A stretch of DNA of 64,000 bases from the human T2T-CHM13v2.0 reference genome, Homo sapiens: the NCBI RefSeq assembly GCF_009914755.1, contig NC_060926.1; one strand, 5' to 3'. Below, in pieces: positions 1 through 13,737 of this stretch. The notes beneath the pieces are model-generated. The model did no database searches, was not told where the DNA came from, and saw nothing but the letters and a program-made list of their open reading frames with translations. The translations under genes and the position numbers were made by a program. Within the stretch, counting starts at the first letter, position 1. Every line of letters starts with the position of its first letter.

Positions 1-65
1 AGAGAGCAGTTTTGAAACACTCTTTTTGTGGAATCTGCAAGTGGATATTTGTCTAGCTTTGAGGA

Positions 66-82
66 TTTCGTTGGAAACGGGA
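66..82 (+). other. CENP-B box (example; recurs in M2 and M4, about every 340 bp)
   Basis: TTTCGTTGGAAACGGGA matches the 17-bp YTTCGTTGGAARCGGGA motif (core NTTCGNNNNANNCGGGN). Confidence 0.97.
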
Positions 83-106
83 TTACATATAAAAAGCAGA
101 CAGCAG

Positions 107-786
107 CATTCCCAGAAACTTCTTTGTGATGTTTGCATTCAAGTCACAGAGTTGAACATTCCCTTTCATAGAGCAGGTTTGAAACACTCTTTTTGTAGTA
201 TCTGGATGTGGACATTTGGAGCGCTTTCAGGCCTATGGTGAAAAAGGAAATATCTTCCCCTGAAAACTAGACAGAAGCATTCTCAGAATCTTATTTGTGA
301 TGTGCGCCCTCAACTAACAGTGTTGAAGCTTTCTTTTGATAGAGCAGTTTTGAAACACTCTTTTTGTAAAATCTGCAAGAGGATATTTGGATAGCTTTGA
401 GGATTTCGTTGGAAACGGTTTTGTCTTTATATAAACTCTAGACAGAAGCATTCTCAGAAGCTTCATTGGGATGTTTCAATTGAAGTCACAGTGTTGAACA
501 GTCCCTTTCATAGAGCAGGTTTGAAAAACTCTTTTTGTAGTATCTGGAAGTGGACATTTGGAGCGCTCTCAGGAATACGGTGAAAAAGGAAATATCTTCC
601 AATAAAAGCTAGATAGAAGCAATGTCAGAAACATTTTCATGATGTATCTACTCAGCTAACAGAGTTGTAACTTTCTTTTGAGAGAGCAGTTTTGAAACAC
701 TCTTTTTGTGGAATCTGCAAGTGGATATTTGTCTAGCTTTGAGGATTTCGTTGGAAACGGGATTACATATAAAAAGCAGACTGCAG
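107..786 (+). repeat. First complete 4-mer HOR unit: M1 (107-277, A), M2 (278-448, B), M3 (449-619, A), M4 (620-786, B, 167 bp)
   Basis: Monomer heads are CATTCCCAGAAAC / CATTCTCAGAATC / CATTCTCAGAAGC / CAATGTCAGAAAC. M4 is 4 bp short just after its CENP-B box (GGGATTACATAT vs GGGATTGTCTTCATAT). Confidence 0.95.
233..249 (+). other. pJalpha / A-box (example; recurs in M1 and M3)
   Basis: CTATGGTGAAAAAGGAA sits at the position homologous to the CENP-B box and matches CTAYGGTGRAAAAGGAA. Confidence 0.9.
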
Positions 787-3700
787 CATTCCCAGAAACT
801 TCTTTGTGATGTTTGCATTCAAGTCACAGAGTTGAACATTCCCTTTCATAGAGCAGGTTTGAAACACTCTTTTTGTAGTATCTGGATGTGGACCTTTGGA
901 GCGCTTTCAGGCCTACGGTGAAAAAGGAAATATCTTCCCCTGAAAACTAGACAGAAGCATTCTCAGAATCTTATTTGTGATGTGCGCCCTCAACTAACAG
1001 TGTTGAAGCTTTCTTTTGATAGAGCAGTTTTGAAACACTCTTTTTGTAAAATCTGCAAGAGGATATTTGGATAGCTTTGAGGATTTCGTTTGAAACGGGA
1101 TTGTCTTCATATAAACTCTAGACAGAAGCATTCTCAGAAGCTTCATTGGGATGTTTCAATTGAAGTCACAGTGTTCAACAGTCCCTTTCATAGAGCAGGT
1201 TTGAAACACTCTTTTTGTAGTATCTGGAAGTGGACATTTGGAGCGCTCTCAGGACTACGGTGAAAAAGGAAATATCTTCCAATAAAAGCTAGATAGAAGC
1301 AATGTCAGAAACATTTTCATGATGTATCTACTCAGCTAACAGAGTTGAACCTTTCTCTTGAGAGAGAAGTTTTGAAACCCACTTTTGGTGGAATCTGCAA
1401 GTGGATATTTGTCTAGCTTTGAGGATTTCGTTGAAAACGGGATTACATATAAAAAGCAGACAGTAGCATTCCCAGAAACTTCTTTGTGATGTTTGCATTC
1501 AAGTCACAGAGTTGAACATTCCCTTTCATAGAGCAGGTTTGAAACACTCTTTTTGTAGTATCTGGATGTGGACATTTGGAGCGCTTTCAGGCCTATGGTG
1601 AAAAAGGAAATATCTTCCCCTGAAAACTAGACAGAAGCATTCTCAGAATCTTATTTGTGATGTGCGCACTCAACTAACAGTGTTGAAGCTTTCTTTTGAT
1701 AGAGCAGCTTTGAAACACTCTTTTTGTAAAATCTGCAAGAGGATATTTGGATAGCTTTGAGGATTTCGTTGGAAACGGGATTGTCTTCATATAAACTCTA
1801 GACAGAAGCATTCTCAGAAGCTTCATTGGGATGTTTCAATTGAAGTCACAGTGTTGAACAGTCCCTTTCATAGAGCAGGTTTGAAACACTCTTTTTGTAG
1901 TATCTGGAAGTGGACATTTGGAGCGCTCTCAGGACTACGGTGAAAAAGGAAATATCTTCCAATAAAAGCTAGATAGAAGCAATGTCAGAAACATTTTCAT
2001 GATGTATCTACTCAGCTAACAGAGTTGAACCTTTCTCTTGAGAGAGCAGTTTTGAAACCCTCTTTTGGTGGAATCTGCAAGTGGATATTTGTCTAGCTTT
2101 GAGGATTTCGTTGGAAACGGGATTACATATAAAAAGCAGACAGCAGCATTCCCAGAAACTTCTTTGTGATGTTTGCATTCAAGTCACAGAGTTGAACATT
2201 CCCTTTCATAGAGCAGGTTTGAAACACTCTTTTTGTAGTATCTGGATGTGGACATTTGGAGCGCTTTCAGGCCTATGGTGAAAAAGGAAATATCTTCCCC
2301 TGAAAACTAGACAGAAGCATTCTCAGAATCTTATTTGTGATGTGCGCACTCAACTAACAGTGTTGAAGCTTTCTTTTGATAGAGCAGCTTTGAAACACTC
2401 TTTTTGTAAAATCTGCAAGAGGATATTTGGATAGCTTTGAGGATTTCGTTGGAAACGGGATTGTCTTCATATAAACTCTAGACAGAAGCATTCTCAGAAG
2501 CTTCATTGGGATGTTTCAATTGAAGTCACAGTGTTGAACAGTCCCTTTCATAGAGCAGGTTTGAAACACTCTTTTTGTAGTATCTGGAAGTGGACATTTG
2601 GAGCGCTCTCAGGACTACGGTGAAAAAGGAAATATCTTCCAATAAAAGCTAGATAGAAGCAATGTCAGAAACATTTTCATGATGTATCTACTCAGCTAAC
2701 AGAGTTGAACCTTTCTTTTGAGAGATCAGTTTTGAAACACTCTTTTTGTGGAATCTGCAAGTGGATATTTGTCTAGCTTTGAGGATTTCGTTGGAAACGG
2801 GATTACATATAAAAAGCAGACAGCAGCATTCCCAGAAACTTCTTTGTGATGTTTGCATTCAAGTCACAGAGTTGAACATTCCCTTTCATAGAGCAGGTTT
2901 GAAACACTCTTTTTGTAGTATCTGGATGTGGACATTTGGAGCGCTTTCAGGCCTATGGTGAAAAAGGAAATATCTTCCCCTGAAAACTAGACAGAAGCAT
3001 TCTCAGAATCTTATTTGTGATGTGCGCCCTCAACTAACAGTGTTGAAGCTTTCTTTTGATAGAGGAGTTTTGAAACACTCTTTTTGTGAAATCTGCAAGA
3101 GGATATTTGGATAGCTTTGAGGATTTCGTTGGAAACGGGATTGTCTTCATATAAACTCTAGACAGAAGCATTCTCAGAAGCTTCATTTGGGATGTTTCAA
3201 TTGAAGTCACAGTGTTGAACAGTCCCTTTCATAGAGCAGGTTTGAAACACTCTTTTTGTAGTATCTGGAAGTGGACATTTTGAGCGCTCTCAGGACTACG
3301 GTGAAAAAGGAAATATCTTCCAATAAAAGCTAGATAGAAGCAATGTCAGAAACATTTTCATGATGTATCTACTCAGCTAACAGAGTTGAACCTTTCTTTT
3401 GAGAGAGCAGTTTTGAAACACTCTTTTTGTGGAATCTGCAAGTGGATATTTGTCTAGCTTTGAGGATTTCGTTGGAAACGGGATTACATATAAAAAGCAG
3501 ACAGCAGCATTCCCAGAAACTTCTTTGTGATGTTTGCATTCAAGTCACAGAGTTGAACATTCCCTTTCATAGAGCAGGTTTGAAACACTCTTTTTGTAGT
3601 ATCTGGATGTGGACATTTGGAGCGCTTTCAGGCCTATGGTGATAAAGGAAATATCTTCCCCTGAAAACTAGACAGAAGCATTCTCAGAATCTTATTTGTG

Positions 3701-6700
3701 ATGTGCGCCCTCAACTAACAGTGTTGAAGCTTTCTTTTGATAGAGCAGTTTTGAAACACTCTTTTTGTAAAATCTGCAAGAGGATATTTGGATAGCTTTG
3801 AGGATTTCGTTGGAAACGGGATTGTCTTCATATAAACTCTAGACAGAAGCATTCTCAGAAGCTTCATTGGGATGTTTCAATTGAAGTCACAGTGTTGAAC
3901 AGTCCCTTTCATAGAGCAGGTTTGAAAAACTCTTTTTGTAGTATCTGGAAGTGGACATTTGGAGCGCTCTCAGGAATACGGTGAAAAAGGAAATATCTTC
4001 CAATAAAAGCTAGATAGAAGCAATGTCAGAAACACTTTCATGATGTATCTACTCAGCTAACAGAGTTGTAACTTTCTTTTGAGAGAGCAGTTTTGAAACC
4101 CTCTTTTTGTGGAATCTGCAAGTGGATATTTGTCTAGCTTTGAGGATTTCGTTGGAAACGGGATTACATATAAAAAGCAGACTGCAGCATTCCCAGAAAC
4201 TTCTTTGTGATGTTTGCATTCAAGTCACAGAGTTGAACATTCCCTTTCATAGAGCAGGTTTGAAACACTCTTTTTGTAGTATCTGGATGTGGACCTTTGG
4301 AGCGCTTTCAGGCCTATGGTGAAAAAGGAAATATCTTCCCCTGAAAACTAGACAGAAGCATTCTCAGAATCTTATTTGTGATGTGCGCACTCAACTAACA
4401 GTGTTGAAGCTTTCTTTTGATAGAGCAGCTTTGAAACACTCTTTTTGTAAAATCTGCAGGAGGATATTTGGATAGCTTTGAGGATTTCGTTGGAAACGGG
4501 ATTGTCTTCATATAAACTCTAGACAGTAGCATTCTCAGAAGCTACATTGGGATGTTTCAATTGAAGTCACAGTGTTGAACAGTCCCTTTCATAGAGCAGG
4601 TTTGAAACACTCTTTTTGTAGTATCTGGAAGTGGACATTTGGAGCGCTCTCAGGACTACGGTGAAAAAGGAAATATCTTCCAATAAAAGCTAGATAGAAG
4701 CAATGTCAGAAACATTTTCATGATGTATCTACTCAGCTAACAGAGTTGAACCTTTCTTTTGAGAGAGCAGTTTTGAAACACTCTTTTTGTGGAATCTGCA
4801 AGTGGATATTTGTCTAGCTTTGAGGATTTCGTTGGAAACGGGATTACATATAAAAAGCAGACAGCAGCATTCCCAGAAACTTCTTTGTGATGTTTGCATT
4901 CAAGTCACAGAGTTGAACATTCCCTTTCATAGAGCAGGTTTGAAACACTCTTTTTGTAGTATCTGTATGTGGACATTTGGAGCGCTTTCAGGCCTATGGT
5001 GAAAAAGGAAATATCTTCCCCTGAAAACTAGACAGAAGCATTCTCAGAATCTTATTTGTGATGTGCGCCCTCAACTAACAGTGTTGAAGCTTTCTTTTGA
5101 TAGAGCAGTTTTGAAACACTCTTTTTGTAAAATCTGCAAGAGGATATTTGGATAGCTTTGAGGATTTCGCTGGAAACGGGATTGTCTTCATATAAACTCT
5201 AGACAGAAGCATTCTCAGAAGCTTCATTGGGATGTTTCAATTGAAGTCACAGTGTTGAACAGTCCCTTTCATAGAGCAGGTTTGAAAAACTCTTTTTGTA
5301 GTATCTGGAAGTGGACACTTGGAGCGCTCTCAGGAATACGGTGAAAAAGGAAATATCTTCCAATAAAAGCTAGATAGAAGCAATGTCAGAAACACTTTCA
5401 TGATGTATCTACTCAGCTAACAGAGTTGAAACTTTCTTTTGAGAGAGCAGTTTTGAAACATTCTTTTTGTGGAATCTGCAAGTGGATATTTTTCTAGCTT
5501 TGAGGATTTCGTTGGAAACGGGATGACATATAAAAAGCAGACAGCAGCATTCCCAGAAACTTCTTTGTGATGTTTGCATTCAAGTCACAGAGTTGAACAT
5601 TCCCTTTCATAGAGCAGGTTTGAAACACTCTTTTTGTAGTATCTGGATGTGGACATTTGGAGCGCTTTCAGGCCTATGGTGAAAAAGGAAATATCTTCCC
5701 CTGAAAACTAGACAGAAGCATTCTCAGAATCTTATTTGTGATGTGCGCCCTCAACTAACAGTGTTGAAGCTTTCTTTTGATAGAGCAGTTTTGAAACACT
5801 CTTTTTGTAAAATCTGCAAGAGGATATTTGGATAGCTTTGAGGATTTCGTTTGAAACGGGATTGTCTTCATATAAACTCTAGACAGAAGCATTCTCAGAA
5901 GCTTCACTGCGATGTTTCAATTGAAGTCACAGTGTTGAACAGTCCCTTTCATAGAGCAGGTTTGAAACACTCTTTTTGTAGTATCTGGAAGTGGACATTT
6001 GGAGCGCTCTCAGGACTACGGTGAAAAAGGAAATATCTTCCAATAAAAGCTAGATAGAAGCAATCTCAGAAACTTTTTCATGATGTATCTACTCAGCTAA
6101 CAGAGTTGAACATTTCTTTTGGGAGAGCAGTTTTGAAACACTCTTTTTGTGGAATCTGCAAGTGGATATTTGTCTAGCTTTGAGGATTTCGTTGGAAACG
6201 GCATTACATATAAAAAGCAGACAGCAGCATTCCCAGAAACTTCTTTGTGAAGTTTGCATTCAAGTCACAGAGTTGAACATTCCCTTTCATAGAGCAGGTT
6301 TGAAACACTCTTTTTGTAGTATCTGGATGTGGACATTTGGAGCGCTTTCAGGCCTATGGTGAAAAAGGAAATATCTTCCCCTGAAAACTAGACAGAAGCA
6401 TTCTCAGAAACTTATTTGTGATGTGCGCCCTCAACTAACAGTGTTGAAGCTTTCATTGATAGAGCAGTTTTGAAACACTCTTTTTGTAAAATCTGCAAGA
6501 GGTTATTTGGATAGCTTTGAGGATTTCGTTGGAAACGGGATTGTCTTCATATAAACTCTAGACAGTAGCATTCTCAGAAGCTTCATGGGGATGTTTCAAC
6601 TGAAGTCACAGTGTTGAACAGTCCCTTTCATAGAGCAGGTTTGAAACACTCTTTTTGTAGTATCTGGAAGTGGACATTTGGAGCGCTCTCAGGACTACGG

Positions 6701-6906
6701 TGAAAAAGGAAATATCTTCCAATAAAAGCTAGATAGAAGCAATGTCAGAAACTTTTTCATGATCTATCTACTCAGCTAACAGAGTTGAACCTTTCTTTTG
6801 AGACAGCAGTTTTGAAACACTCTTTTGGTGGAATCTGCAAGTGGATATTTGTCTAGCTTTGAGGATTTCGTTGGAAACGGGATTACATATAAAAAGCAGA
6901 CAGCAG

Positions 6907-7415
6907 CATTCCCAGAAATTTCTTAGTGATGTTTGCATTCAAGTCACAGAGTTGAACATTCCCTTTCATAGAGCAGTTTTGAAACACTCTTTTTGTAAAA
7001 TCTGCAAGAGGATATTTGGATAGCTTTGAGGATTTCGTTGGAAACGGGATTGTCTTCATATAAACTCTAGACAGAAGCATTCTCAGAAGCTTCATTGGGA
7101 TGTTTCAATTGAAGTCACAGTGTTGAACAGTCCCTTTCATAGAGCAGGTTTGAAACACTCTTTTTGTAGTATCTGGAAGTGGACATTTGGAGCGTTCTCA
7201 GGACTACGGTGAAAAAGGAAATATCTTCCAATAAAAGCTAGATAGAAGCAATGTCAGAAACTTTTTCATGATCTATCTACTCAGCTAACAGAGTTGAACC
7301 TTTCTTTTGAGACAGCAGTTTTGAAACACTCTTTTGGTGGAATATGCAAGTGGATATTTGTCTAGCTTTGAGGATTTCGTTGGAAACGGGATTACATATA
7401 AAAAGCAGACAGCAG
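6907..7415 (+). repeat. 3-mer HOR variant (509 bp): M1/M2 hybrid, M3, M4
   Basis: Unit spacing drops to 509 bp. M1 sequence (ATTCCCTTTC) switches to M2 sequence (TTTTGAAACACTCTTTTTGTAAAATC) within ATAGAGCAG at 6968-6976. Confidence 0.92.
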
Positions 7416-9709
7416 CATTCCCAGAAACTTCTTTGTGATGTTTGCATTCAAGTCACAGAGTTGAACATTCCCTTTCATAGAGCAGGTTTGAAACACTCTT
7501 TTTGTAGTATTTGGATGTGGACATTTGGAGCGCTTTCAGGCCTATGGTGAAAAAGGAAATATCTTCCCCTGAAAACTAGACAGAAGCATTCTCAGAATCT
7601 TATTTGTGATGTGTGCCCTCAACTAACAGTGTTGAAGCTTTCTTTTGATGGAGCAGTTTTGGAACACTCTTTTTGTAAAATCTGCAAGAGTATATTTGGA
7701 TAGCTTTGAGGATTTCATTGGAAACGGGATTGTCTTCATATAAAATCTAGACAGAAGCATTCTCAGAAGCTTCATTGGGATGTTTCAATTGAAGTCACAG
7801 TGTTGAACAGTCCCTTTCATAGAGCAGGTTTGAAACACTCTTTTTGTAGTATCTGGAAGTGGACATTTGGAGCGCTCTCAGGACTATGGTGAAAAAGGAA
7901 ATATCTTCCAATAAAAGCTAGATAGAAGCAATGTCAGAAACATTTTCATGATGTATCTACTCAGCTAACAGAGTTGAACCTTTCTTTTCTGAGAGCAGTT
8001 TTGAAACACTCTTTTTGTGGAATCTGCAAGTGGATATTTGTCTAGCTTTGAGGATTTCGTTGGAAACGGGATTACATATAAAAAGCAGACAGCAGCATTC
8101 CCAGAAACTTCTTTGTGATGTTTGCATTCAAGTCACAGAGTTGAACATTCCCTTTCATAGAGCAGGTTTGAAACACTCTTTTTGTAGTATCTGGATGTGG
8201 ACATTTGGAGCGCTTTCAGGCCTATGGTGAAAAAGGAAATATCTTCCCCTGAAAACTAGACAGAAGCATTCTCAGAAACTTATTTGTGATGTGCGCCCTC
8301 AACTAACAGTGTTGAACTTTTCTTTTGATAGAGCAGTTTTGAAACACTCTTTTTGTAAAATCTGCAAGAGGTTATTTGGATAGCTTTGAGGATTTCGTTG
8401 GAAACGGGATTGTCTTTATATAAATTCTAGACAGTAGCATTCTCAGAAGCTTCATTGGGATGTTTCAATTGAAGTCACAGTGTTGAACAGTCCCTTTCAT
8501 AGAGCAGGTTTGAAACACCCTTTTTGTAGTATCTGGAAGTGGACATTTGGAGCGCTCTCAGGACTACGGTGAAAAAGGAAATATCTTCCAATAAAAGCTA
8601 GATAGAAGCAATGTCAGAAACTTTTTCATGATGTATCTACTCAGCTAACAGAGTTGAACCTTTCTTTTGAGAGAGCAGTTTTGAAACACTCTTTTTGTGG
8701 AATCTGCAAGTGGATATTTGTCTAGCTTTGAGGATTTCGTTGGAAACGGGATTACATATAAAAATCAGACAGCAGCATTCCCAGAAACTTCTTTGTGATG
8801 TTTGCATTCAAGTCACAGAGTTGAACATTCCCTTTCATAGAGCAGGTTTGAAACACTCTTTTTGTAGTATCTGGATGTGGACATTTGGAGCGCTTTCAGG
8901 CCTATGGTGAAAAAGGAAATATCTTCCCCTGAAAACTAGACAGAAGCATTCTCAGAATCTTATTTGTGATGTGCGCCCTCAACTAACAGTGTTGAAGCTT
9001 TCTTTTGATAGAGCAGTTTTGAAACACTCTTTTTGTAAAATCTGCAAGCGGATATTTGGATAGCTTTGAGGATTTCGTTGGAAACGGGATTGTCTTCATA
9101 TAAACTCTAGACAGTAGCATTCTCAGAAGCTTCATTGGGATGTTTCAATTGAAGTCACAGTGTTGAACAGTCCCTTTCATAGAGCAGGTTTGAAACACTC
9201 TTTTTGTAGTATCTGGAAGTGGACATTTGGAGCGCTCTCAGGACTACGGTGAAAAAGGAAATATCTTCCAATAAAAGCTAGATAGAAGCAATGTCAGAAA
9301 ATTGTTCATGATGTATCTACTCAGCTAACAGAGTTGAACCTTTCTTTTGAGACAGCAGTTTTGAAACACTCTTTTGGTGGAATCTGCAAGTGGATATTTG
9401 TTTAGCTTTGAGGATTTCGTTGGAAACGGGATTACATATAAAAAGCAGACAGCAGCATTCCCAGAAACTACTTTGTGATGTTTGCATTCAAGTCACAGAG
9501 TTGAACATTCCCTTTCATAGAGCAGGTTTGAAACACTCTTTTTGTAGTATCTGGATGTGGACATTTGGAGCGCTTTCAGGCCTATGGTGAAAAAGGAAAT
9601 ATCTTCCCCTGAAAACTAGACAGAAGCATTCTCAGAATCTTATTTGTGATGTGCGCCCTCAACTAACAGTGTAGAACTTTTCTTTTGATAGAGCTGTTTT
9701 GAAACACAC

Positions 9710-12700
9710 TTTTTGTAAAATCTGCAAGAGGATATTTGGATAGCTTTGAGGATTTCGTTGGAAACGGGATTGTCTTCATATAAACTCTAGACAGTAGCAT
9801 TCTCAGAAGCTTCATTGGGATGTTTCAATTGAAGTCACAGTGTTGAACAGTCCCTTTCATAGAGCAGGTTTGAAACACTCTTTTTGTAGTATCTGGAAGT
9901 GGACATTTGGAGTGCTCTCAGGACTACGGTGAAAAAGGAAATATCTTCCAATAAAAGCTAGATAGAAGCAATGTCAGAAAATTGTTCATGATGTATCTAC
10001 TCAGCTAACAGAGTTGAACCTTTCTTTTGAGACAGCAGTTTTGAAACACTCTTTTGGTGGAATCTGCAAGTGGATATTTGTCTAGCTTTGAGGATTTCGT
10101 TGGAAACGGGATTACATATAAAAAGCAGACAGCAGCATTCCCAGAAACTTCTTTGTGATGTTTGCATTCAAGTCACAGAGTTGAACATTCCCTTTCATAG
10201 AGCAGGTTTGAAACACTCTTTTTGTAGTATCTGGATGTGGACATTTGGAGCGCTTTCAGGCCTATGGTGAAAAAGGAAATATCTTCCCCTGAAAACTAGA
10301 CAGAAGCATTCTCAGAATCTTATTTGTGATGTGCGCCCTCAACTAACAGTGTTGAACTTTTCTTTTGATAGAGCTGTTTTGAAACACTCTTTTTGTAAAA
10401 TCTGCAAGAGGATATTTGGATAGCTTTGAGGATTTCCTTTGAAACGGGATTGTCTTCATATAAAATCTAGACAGAAGCATTCTCAGAAGCTTCATTGGGA
10501 TGTTTCAATTGAAGTCACAGTGTTGAACAGTCCCTTTCATAGAGTATGTTTGAAACACTCTTTTTGTAGTATCTGGAAGTTGACATTTGGAGCGTTTTCA
10601 GGACTACGGTGAAAAAGGAAATATCTTCCAAATAAAGCTAGGTAGAAGCAATGTCAGAAAATTTTTCATGATGTATCTACTCAGCTAACAGAATTGAACC
10701 TTTCTTTTGAGAGAGCAGTTTTGAAACACTCTTTTTGTGGAAACTGCAAGTGGATATTTGTCTAGCTTTGAGGATTTCGTTGGAAACGGGATTACATATA
10801 AAAAGCAGACAGCAGCATTCCCAGAAACTTCTTTGTGATGTTTGCATTCAAGTCACAGAGTTGAACATTCCCTTTCATAGAGCAGGTTTGAAACACTCTT
10901 TTTGTAGTATCTGGATGTGGACATTTGGATCGCTTTCAGGCCTATGGTGAAAAAGGAAATATGTTCCCCTGAAAACTAGACAGAAGCATTCTCAGAATCT
11001 TATTTGTGATGTGCGCCCTCAACTAACAGTGTTGAAGCTTTCTTTTGATGGAGCAGTTTTGGAACACTCTTTTTGTAAAATCTGCAAGAGGATATTTGGA
11101 TAGCTTTGAGGATTTCGTTGGAAACGGGATTGTCTTCATATAAACTCTAGACAGAAGCATTCTCAGAAGCTTCATTGGGATGTTTCAATTGAAGTCACAG
11201 TGTTGAACAGTCCCTTTCATAGAGCAGGTTTGAAACACTCTTTTTGTAGTATCTGGAAGTGGACATTTGGAGCGTTCTCAGGACTACGGTGAAAAGGGAA
11301 ATATCTTCCAATAAAAGCTAGATAGAAGCAATGTCAGAAACATTTTCATGATGTATCTACTCAGCTAACAGAGTTGAAACTTTCTTTTGAGAGAGCAGTT
11401 TTGAAACACTCTTTTGGTGGAATCTGCAAGTGGATATTTGTCTAGCTTTGAGGATTTCGTTGGAAACGGGATTACATATAAAAAGCAGACAGCAGCATTC
11501 CCAGAAACTTCTTTGTGATGTTTGCATTCAAGTCACAGAGTTGAACATTCCCTTTCATAGAGCAGGTTTGAAACACTCTTTTTGTAGTATCTGGATGTGG
11601 ACATTTGGAGCGCTTTCAGGCCTATGGTGAAAAAGGAAATATCTTCCCCTGAAAACTAGACAGAAGCATTCTCAGAATCTTATTTGTGATGTGCGCCCTC
11701 AACTAACAGTGTTGAAGCTTTCTTTTGATAGAGCAGTTTTGAAACACTCTTTTTGTAAAATCTGCAAGAGGATATTTGGATAGCTTTGAGGATTTCGTTG
11801 GAAACGGGATTGTCTTCATATAAACTCTAGACAGTAGCATTCTCAGAAGCTTCATTGGGATGTTTCAATTGAAGTCACAGTGTTGAACAGTCCCTTTCAT
11901 AGAGCAGGTTTGAAACACTCTTTTTGTAGTATCTGGAAGTGGACATTTGGAGCGCTCTCAGGACTACGGTGAAAAAGGAAATATCTTCCAATAAAAGCTA
12001 GATAGAAGGAATGTCAGAAAATTGTTCATGATGTATCTACTCAGCTAACAGAGTTGAACCTTTCTTTTGAGACAGCAGTTTTGAAACACTCTTTTGGTGG
12101 AATCTGGAAGTGGATATTTGTCTAGCTTTGAGGATTTCGTTGGAAACGGGATTACATATAAAAAGCAGACAGCAGCATTCCCAGAAACTTCTTTGTGATG
12201 TTTGCATTCAAGTCACAGAGTTGAACATTCCCTTTCATAGAGCAGGTTTGAAACACTCTTTTTGTAGTATCTGGATGTGGACATTTGGAGCGCTTTCAGG
12301 CGTATGGTGAAAAAGGAAATATCTTCCCCTGAAAACTAGACAGAAGCATTCTCAGAATCTTATTTGTGATGTGCGCCCTCAACTAACACTGTTGAACTTT
12401 TCTTTTGATAGAGCTGTTTTGAAACACTCTTTTTGTAAAATCTGCAAGAGGATATTTGGATAGCTTTGAGGATTTCGTTTGAAACGGGATTGTCTTCATA
12501 TAAACTCTAGACAGAAGCATTCTCAGAAGCTTCATTGGGATGTTTCAATTGAAGTCACTGTGTTGAACAGTCCCTTTCATAGAGTATGTTTGAAACACTC
12601 TTTTTGTAGTATCTGGAAGTTGACATTTGGAGCGTTTTCAGGACTACGGTGAAACAGGAAATATCTTCCAAATAAAGCTAGGTAGAAGCAATGTCAGAAA

Positions 12701-13737
12701 ATTTTTCATGATGTATCTACTCAGCTAACAGAATTGAACCTTTCTTTTGAGAGAGCAGTTTTGAAACACTCTTTTTGTGGAATCTGCAAGTGGATATTTG
12801 TCTAGCTTTGAGGATTTCGTTGGAAACGGGATTACATATAAAAAGCAGACAGCAGCATTCCCAGAAACTTTTTTGTGATGTTTGCATTCAAGTCACAGAG
12901 TTGAACATTCCCTTTCATAGAGCAGGTTTGAAACACTCTTTTTGTAGTATCTGGATGTGGATATTTGGATCGCTTTCAGGCCTATGGTGAATAAGGAAAT
13001 ATCTTCCCCTGAAAACTAGACAGAAGCATTCTCAGAATCTTATTTGTGATGTGCGCCCTCAACTAACAGTGTTGAAGCTTTCTTTTGATGGAGCAGTTTT
13101 GGAACACTCTTTTTGTAAAATCTGCAAGAGGATATTTGGATAGCTTTGAGGATTTCGTTGGAAACGGGACTGTCTTCATATAAACTCTAGACAGAAGCAT
13201 TCTCAGAAGCTTCATTGGGATGTTTCAATTGAAGTCACAGTGTTGAACAGTCCCTTTCATAGAGCAGGTTTGAAACACTCTTTTTGTAGTATCTGGAAGT
13301 GGACATTTGGAGCGTTCTCAGGACTACGGTGAAAAAGGAAATATCTTCCAATAAAAGCTAGATAGAAGCAATGTCAGAAACATTTTCATGATGTATCTAC
13401 TCAGCTAACAGAGTTGAAACTTTCTTTTGAGAGAGCAGTTTTGAAACACTCTTTTGGTGGAATCTGCAAGTGGATATTTGTCTAGCTTTGAGGATTTCGT
13501 TGGAAACGGGATTACATATAAAAAGCAGACAGCAGCATTCCCAGAAACTTCTTTGTGATGTTTGCATTCAAGTCACAGAGTTGAACATTCCCTTTCATAG
13601 AGCAGGTTTGAAACACTCTTTTTGTAGTATCTGGATGTGGACATTTGGAGCGCTTTCAGGCCTATGGTGAAAAAGGAAATATCTTCCCCTGAAAACTAGA
13701 CAGAAGCATTCTCAGAATCTTATTTGTGATGTGCGCC
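9710..13737 (+). repeat. Tandem duplication of three HOR units (2040-bp period, about 2 copies)
   Basis: Private variants repeat at +2040: GAGCTGTTTT, AGAGTATGTT, GCTAGGTAG, TTTGGATCGC, GATGGAGCAGTTTTGGAAC. Confidence 0.85.

Noticed and set aside
601-606. AATAAA polyadenylation-like hexamer in nearly every M3
   Set aside because: It is part of the monomer consensus in AT-rich DNA, and there is no transcript evidence from sequence alone.
6468-7476. 3-mer explained as a simple recent 509-bp tandem duplication
   Set aside because: The flanking M4 copies share variants, but the M2/M3 portions differ at several sites, so a simple recent duplication is not supported.
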